64,000 nucleotides of DNA from Lama guanicoe (lineage: Eukaryota). The notes under the pieces were generated by a model. That model searched no databases. It saw nothing but the letters and a program-made list of their open reading frames with translations, and was not told the origin of the DNA. Shown one piece after another: positions 61,071 through 64,000 of the stretch. The position numbers and the translations under genes are program-made. The DNA lies in contig MU053482.1 of the NCBI GenBank assembly GCA_013239625.1, positions 5,097,775 through 5,161,774 of the forward strand, given 5' to 3'. Numbering within the stretch: position 1 is the stretch's first letter; each line of letters begins with the position of its first letter.

Positions 61071-62984
61071 CAGTGTCCCCTGGGGACCTCCTACAATCAC
61101 TTAGTGAGACTGCATCTCCCTATTCACTCTGTCCCCCGGGCCTGGCAGAGTCCTTGGCACACAGGAGGTGTCTAATACATGCTTAATGAATAATAGACAG
61201 AAAGCAAGACAGTGAGAGCAAGACTCAGCCAGAAATTCCCTAAAAGGAATTTTACACATGTTTGAGCATCTTAGAATGGCAGAATAACATCCCTGTGAGG
61301 CTACTTGGAAGACAACCATCTTCATTTGGATCGCTATATTCTTCTGTGTTTGCTGGGGAAAAAAAAGTCACATTGTTTTTAGTCACACCTCACAAAGCCT
61401 CATTACTTCAAAATGCCTTTCTGGTGGAAGATGATTTCACAACAAGAAGAACCAGAGAATGTGGTTTTCATTAGGCTACCTTGAAAAATAACTGTCTTTC
61501 AGATGGGTATCACATGAATAAATAAGTATTTCTCTTTTGTTTTTATCTTCTGTTTTTCTTCATGATTGTTGGAAAAATCCAACAAGCTTGGCCATTCATT
61601 TCAGGGTGAATTTGGGACCCAAACAGTTAAATATCAGCCAATTTGGCTTCCTTGCTGCCTCCCAGCCAAGGAGATGAATGGAATGTTCATGAGGTCGCTT
61701 GGCAGACATCCACATTCCTATGGGAACGCTGCAGCAGGGAGAGCCTTGGGACAGTAAGAGGCAAATGTGTGGGAGTTACAGGGCAAGCTGCAAATGATCC
61801 AAAGTCTCAGAAAAATGCGCGGAGCTCCATTGACCAAAGGATGCTGTGCAGAGGACCAGCTAAGTCTCCACCTCACTCAAATCCACGACAGAGACAGGAA
61901 TCACACCGTCCAGGTCCTTCCTGTCCAGGCCTCGAACAGTACTGGCCACTTCCCGCACCGCTGTGGCTGGGAGCTCATTGAAAGAATCTCATCAAGGAGT
62001 CCCACTTCTTCAGCTGATCTTTATCCTCAGTCTTCTTTCTCTCACCCTCAGGAGAATGGCTTTAGGGGAAGGAGCCCACACCCCCCTTCCGCACCCGCTA
62101 AGCGCTCTCTGTCCTTCCCCATGGAACGGACTCAAACCCAAGGCATTTTCATTTTCCTCGAGTGCTTCTTTGTATTGTTTAAAATGTACTCCGGAGACCA
62201 GGTGAGCTCATTGGAATTCAGCACGACAACCCCCTCCAGCTTTTCAAAAAGGCTACATCTGAGGGAGGGTGGTGGGCGAAGTGGGGTTTTCCATTTAAAA
62301 TTAGAAATTGCGAAATTCATGTTTTCCCCCAAAGAGCGGCTCATCAGTAAAAGGAAGTTTGAACCTAGAGCTGTGTATCCAGAGACCTCTGTGTGAACCC
62401 CAAACACCTCCTGTGCTGGCTGCATTTGGCTGCGTGGAGAAACGCCTGCTCCAAGGAGGGAACCCTGTGCCCTGATCCCCCTTCGCACTCGGCGGCGTTG
62501 GTAAGCACCTGAGAAGGGTTCTCCGTAGTAACCTGGGCTGTAGGATAAGATGTTTTTATCCTAGCGCCAACAGGCTAGGGTAGGGAGAGAATGGAGACGC
62601 TGGGAGAGCTATGGAGCTTATTTTTTCTCTGTTTCATCTTATCTCCAGTGTTTGCAAAAGACACCTTTCCATTTCATTTCCAAAGGCTAATAGATAAACC
62701 AGTAGGTCACCGGCTTTGCTGGGAGGCCTGACCTAATTAATGTCCCTGAAGGCAAGACTATCCGTCTCTCCCAAGGCCAGCAAGCTAGGTTAAGATTATA
62801 AGGAAGGGACTATTTGGGGGAGAAACAGCAGTTTCTAGGGAGGGAAATGAAATCCTGGCTTTGTTGGTACCATTGGGCACCAAAACCTTAGAAGCCTACA
62901 GGACCAGAACAAAAAGAATAAAGGGAATAAAATGGCATGGAAATTACATTAACGTAATATAACATCAATGTAATGTGCTCATCT

Positions 62985-63523
62985 GCTCAGCCCATAATCC
63001 ACCTTCCAGAGAAGCTGCATTCCTTTGGCCCTAAAAGTAGCCCTTGGCTACAGCATTATCAGGACATGTGCCTGCCCCCTACTTCCTGGCTCATTGATCA
63101 TAGATAGACACCTGACCCAAACTGAACAAATCAGTTCTCTCTCCAAGAGTTTAGATTTGGGGTCCAAAGGTGCTAACTGTCCCAGTTAGTCACTTGAATT
63201 GAAGAGATGCAATCTGGCAGCAGTAGGGTGGCCATTGTTTGTCCTGTAGGTAGAGAGGCTGGAAAACCTACCCCCCTGTAGAGACAGGAGGGGAATGAAC
63301 TGACCAGGTGAGCAGAAACCGAGAGAGAGAGTGTATGGGGCCAGACGGCCCCTGAAAGACCCTGACCTTGGCTCCTGAGGGCATCTTTGCTCAGGCCTGG
63401 TCACAACCTTGGATTCTACAAAACCCATCTCTTCTTATAATAATCCCTCACCCCTGGTTTTCTTTGATTAAGCCTATATGAGTGGGTTTCTGTTACTTAC
63501 AAACCAAGAACACTGGCTAAGGC
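62985..63523 (+). mobile_element. Old MaLR solo LTR (MLT1-type)
   Basis: gacacctgacccaaactgaacaaatcagttctctctcc...ttaagcctatatgagtgggtttctgttacttacaaaccaagaacactggctaaggca, a typical MLT1 3' end. Confidence 0.7.
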
Positions 63524-64000
63524 AGAAGCCCAGGAAGGTCCCCAGGCCAAGGTAGGAGCAGAGGGGGCTGGGGCAGCATTTGCGAGGTGAAGAGTTCGAC
63601 CTGGGTGTTGGGATGGGACTGCACCTGTCCTCACCTGGTCTGGACTCCCTCCTCCCCCAGATTCTGCAGGCCTTGTTGTCACTTTCTTATACAAGTAAGA
63701 CACATGTATATTCTCGTAAAGTTTCAAACAATATCAAAGTATGTATAATAAACACAGAAGTTTGTCATCACTCACTCAATCATAGGTCCTACCTCCAAGA
63801 TTATCTTTGCTCATTCCATATTTTGTACAGTCTGAAATGCCATCAACTGTCAGACACCTGCCCCTTTCAGAAATGCTCAAAGATGAAAGGAGATACAGTA
63901 GCATGTTGGATACTTTTCCAAATATTTTTCTCAGCATCTATAGATGTTTGTGTAGTTATTAGTTTTTTATCCTTGATAGATTCATTCCAAGCACACTGTT

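Noticed and set aside
61767..62396. 209-aa plus-strand ORF
   Set aside because: Non-ATG start and no resemblance to TEAD1 or any protein I recognise.
1..64000. Prokaryote-type systems (CRISPR arrays, operons, defence islands) or a novel multi-gene system
   Set aside because: The sequence is intron-exon mammalian DNA explained by PARVA plus interspersed repeats; no repeat-spacer arrays or dense intact ORFs were seen.

Overview
Mammalian genomic DNA, most likely from a camelid (alpaca, llama or camel), judged from three tRNA-Ala-like SINEs resembling Vic-1. The + strand carries the last nine coding exons of alpha-parvin (PARVA; probably exons 5-13): 6063-6203, 11182-11297, 14645-14703, 16943-16962 (a 20-nt microexon), 18240-18301, 19000-19068, 21366-21467, 22278-22350 and 35971-36047 (TGA). 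All have AG/GT borders and splice in frame into the C-terminal ~239 aa (end of CH1, linker, CH2). A long 3'UTR probably runs to ~40010, and I recognise no further gene in the remaining ~24 kb. The rest is transposon-derived: a full-length but dead, sense-oriented L1 with intact TSD in the last intron (27661-34558) carrying three nested insertions, other L1 pieces, MIR, L2, MLT1 LTRs and small MITEs. The non-PARVA, non-L1 ORFs in the track look spurious. I found no convincing previously undescribed biological system. The most unusual items are a diverged ~135-bp direct repeat bracketing the first exon, two retro-insertions with overlapping TSDs in the first codons of L1 ORF2, and sense L1 poly(A) signals in the last intron and 3'UTR. 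Repeat family names are from recall of consensus sequences and need RepeatMasker/Dfam confirmation; old-repeat boundaries are approximate.
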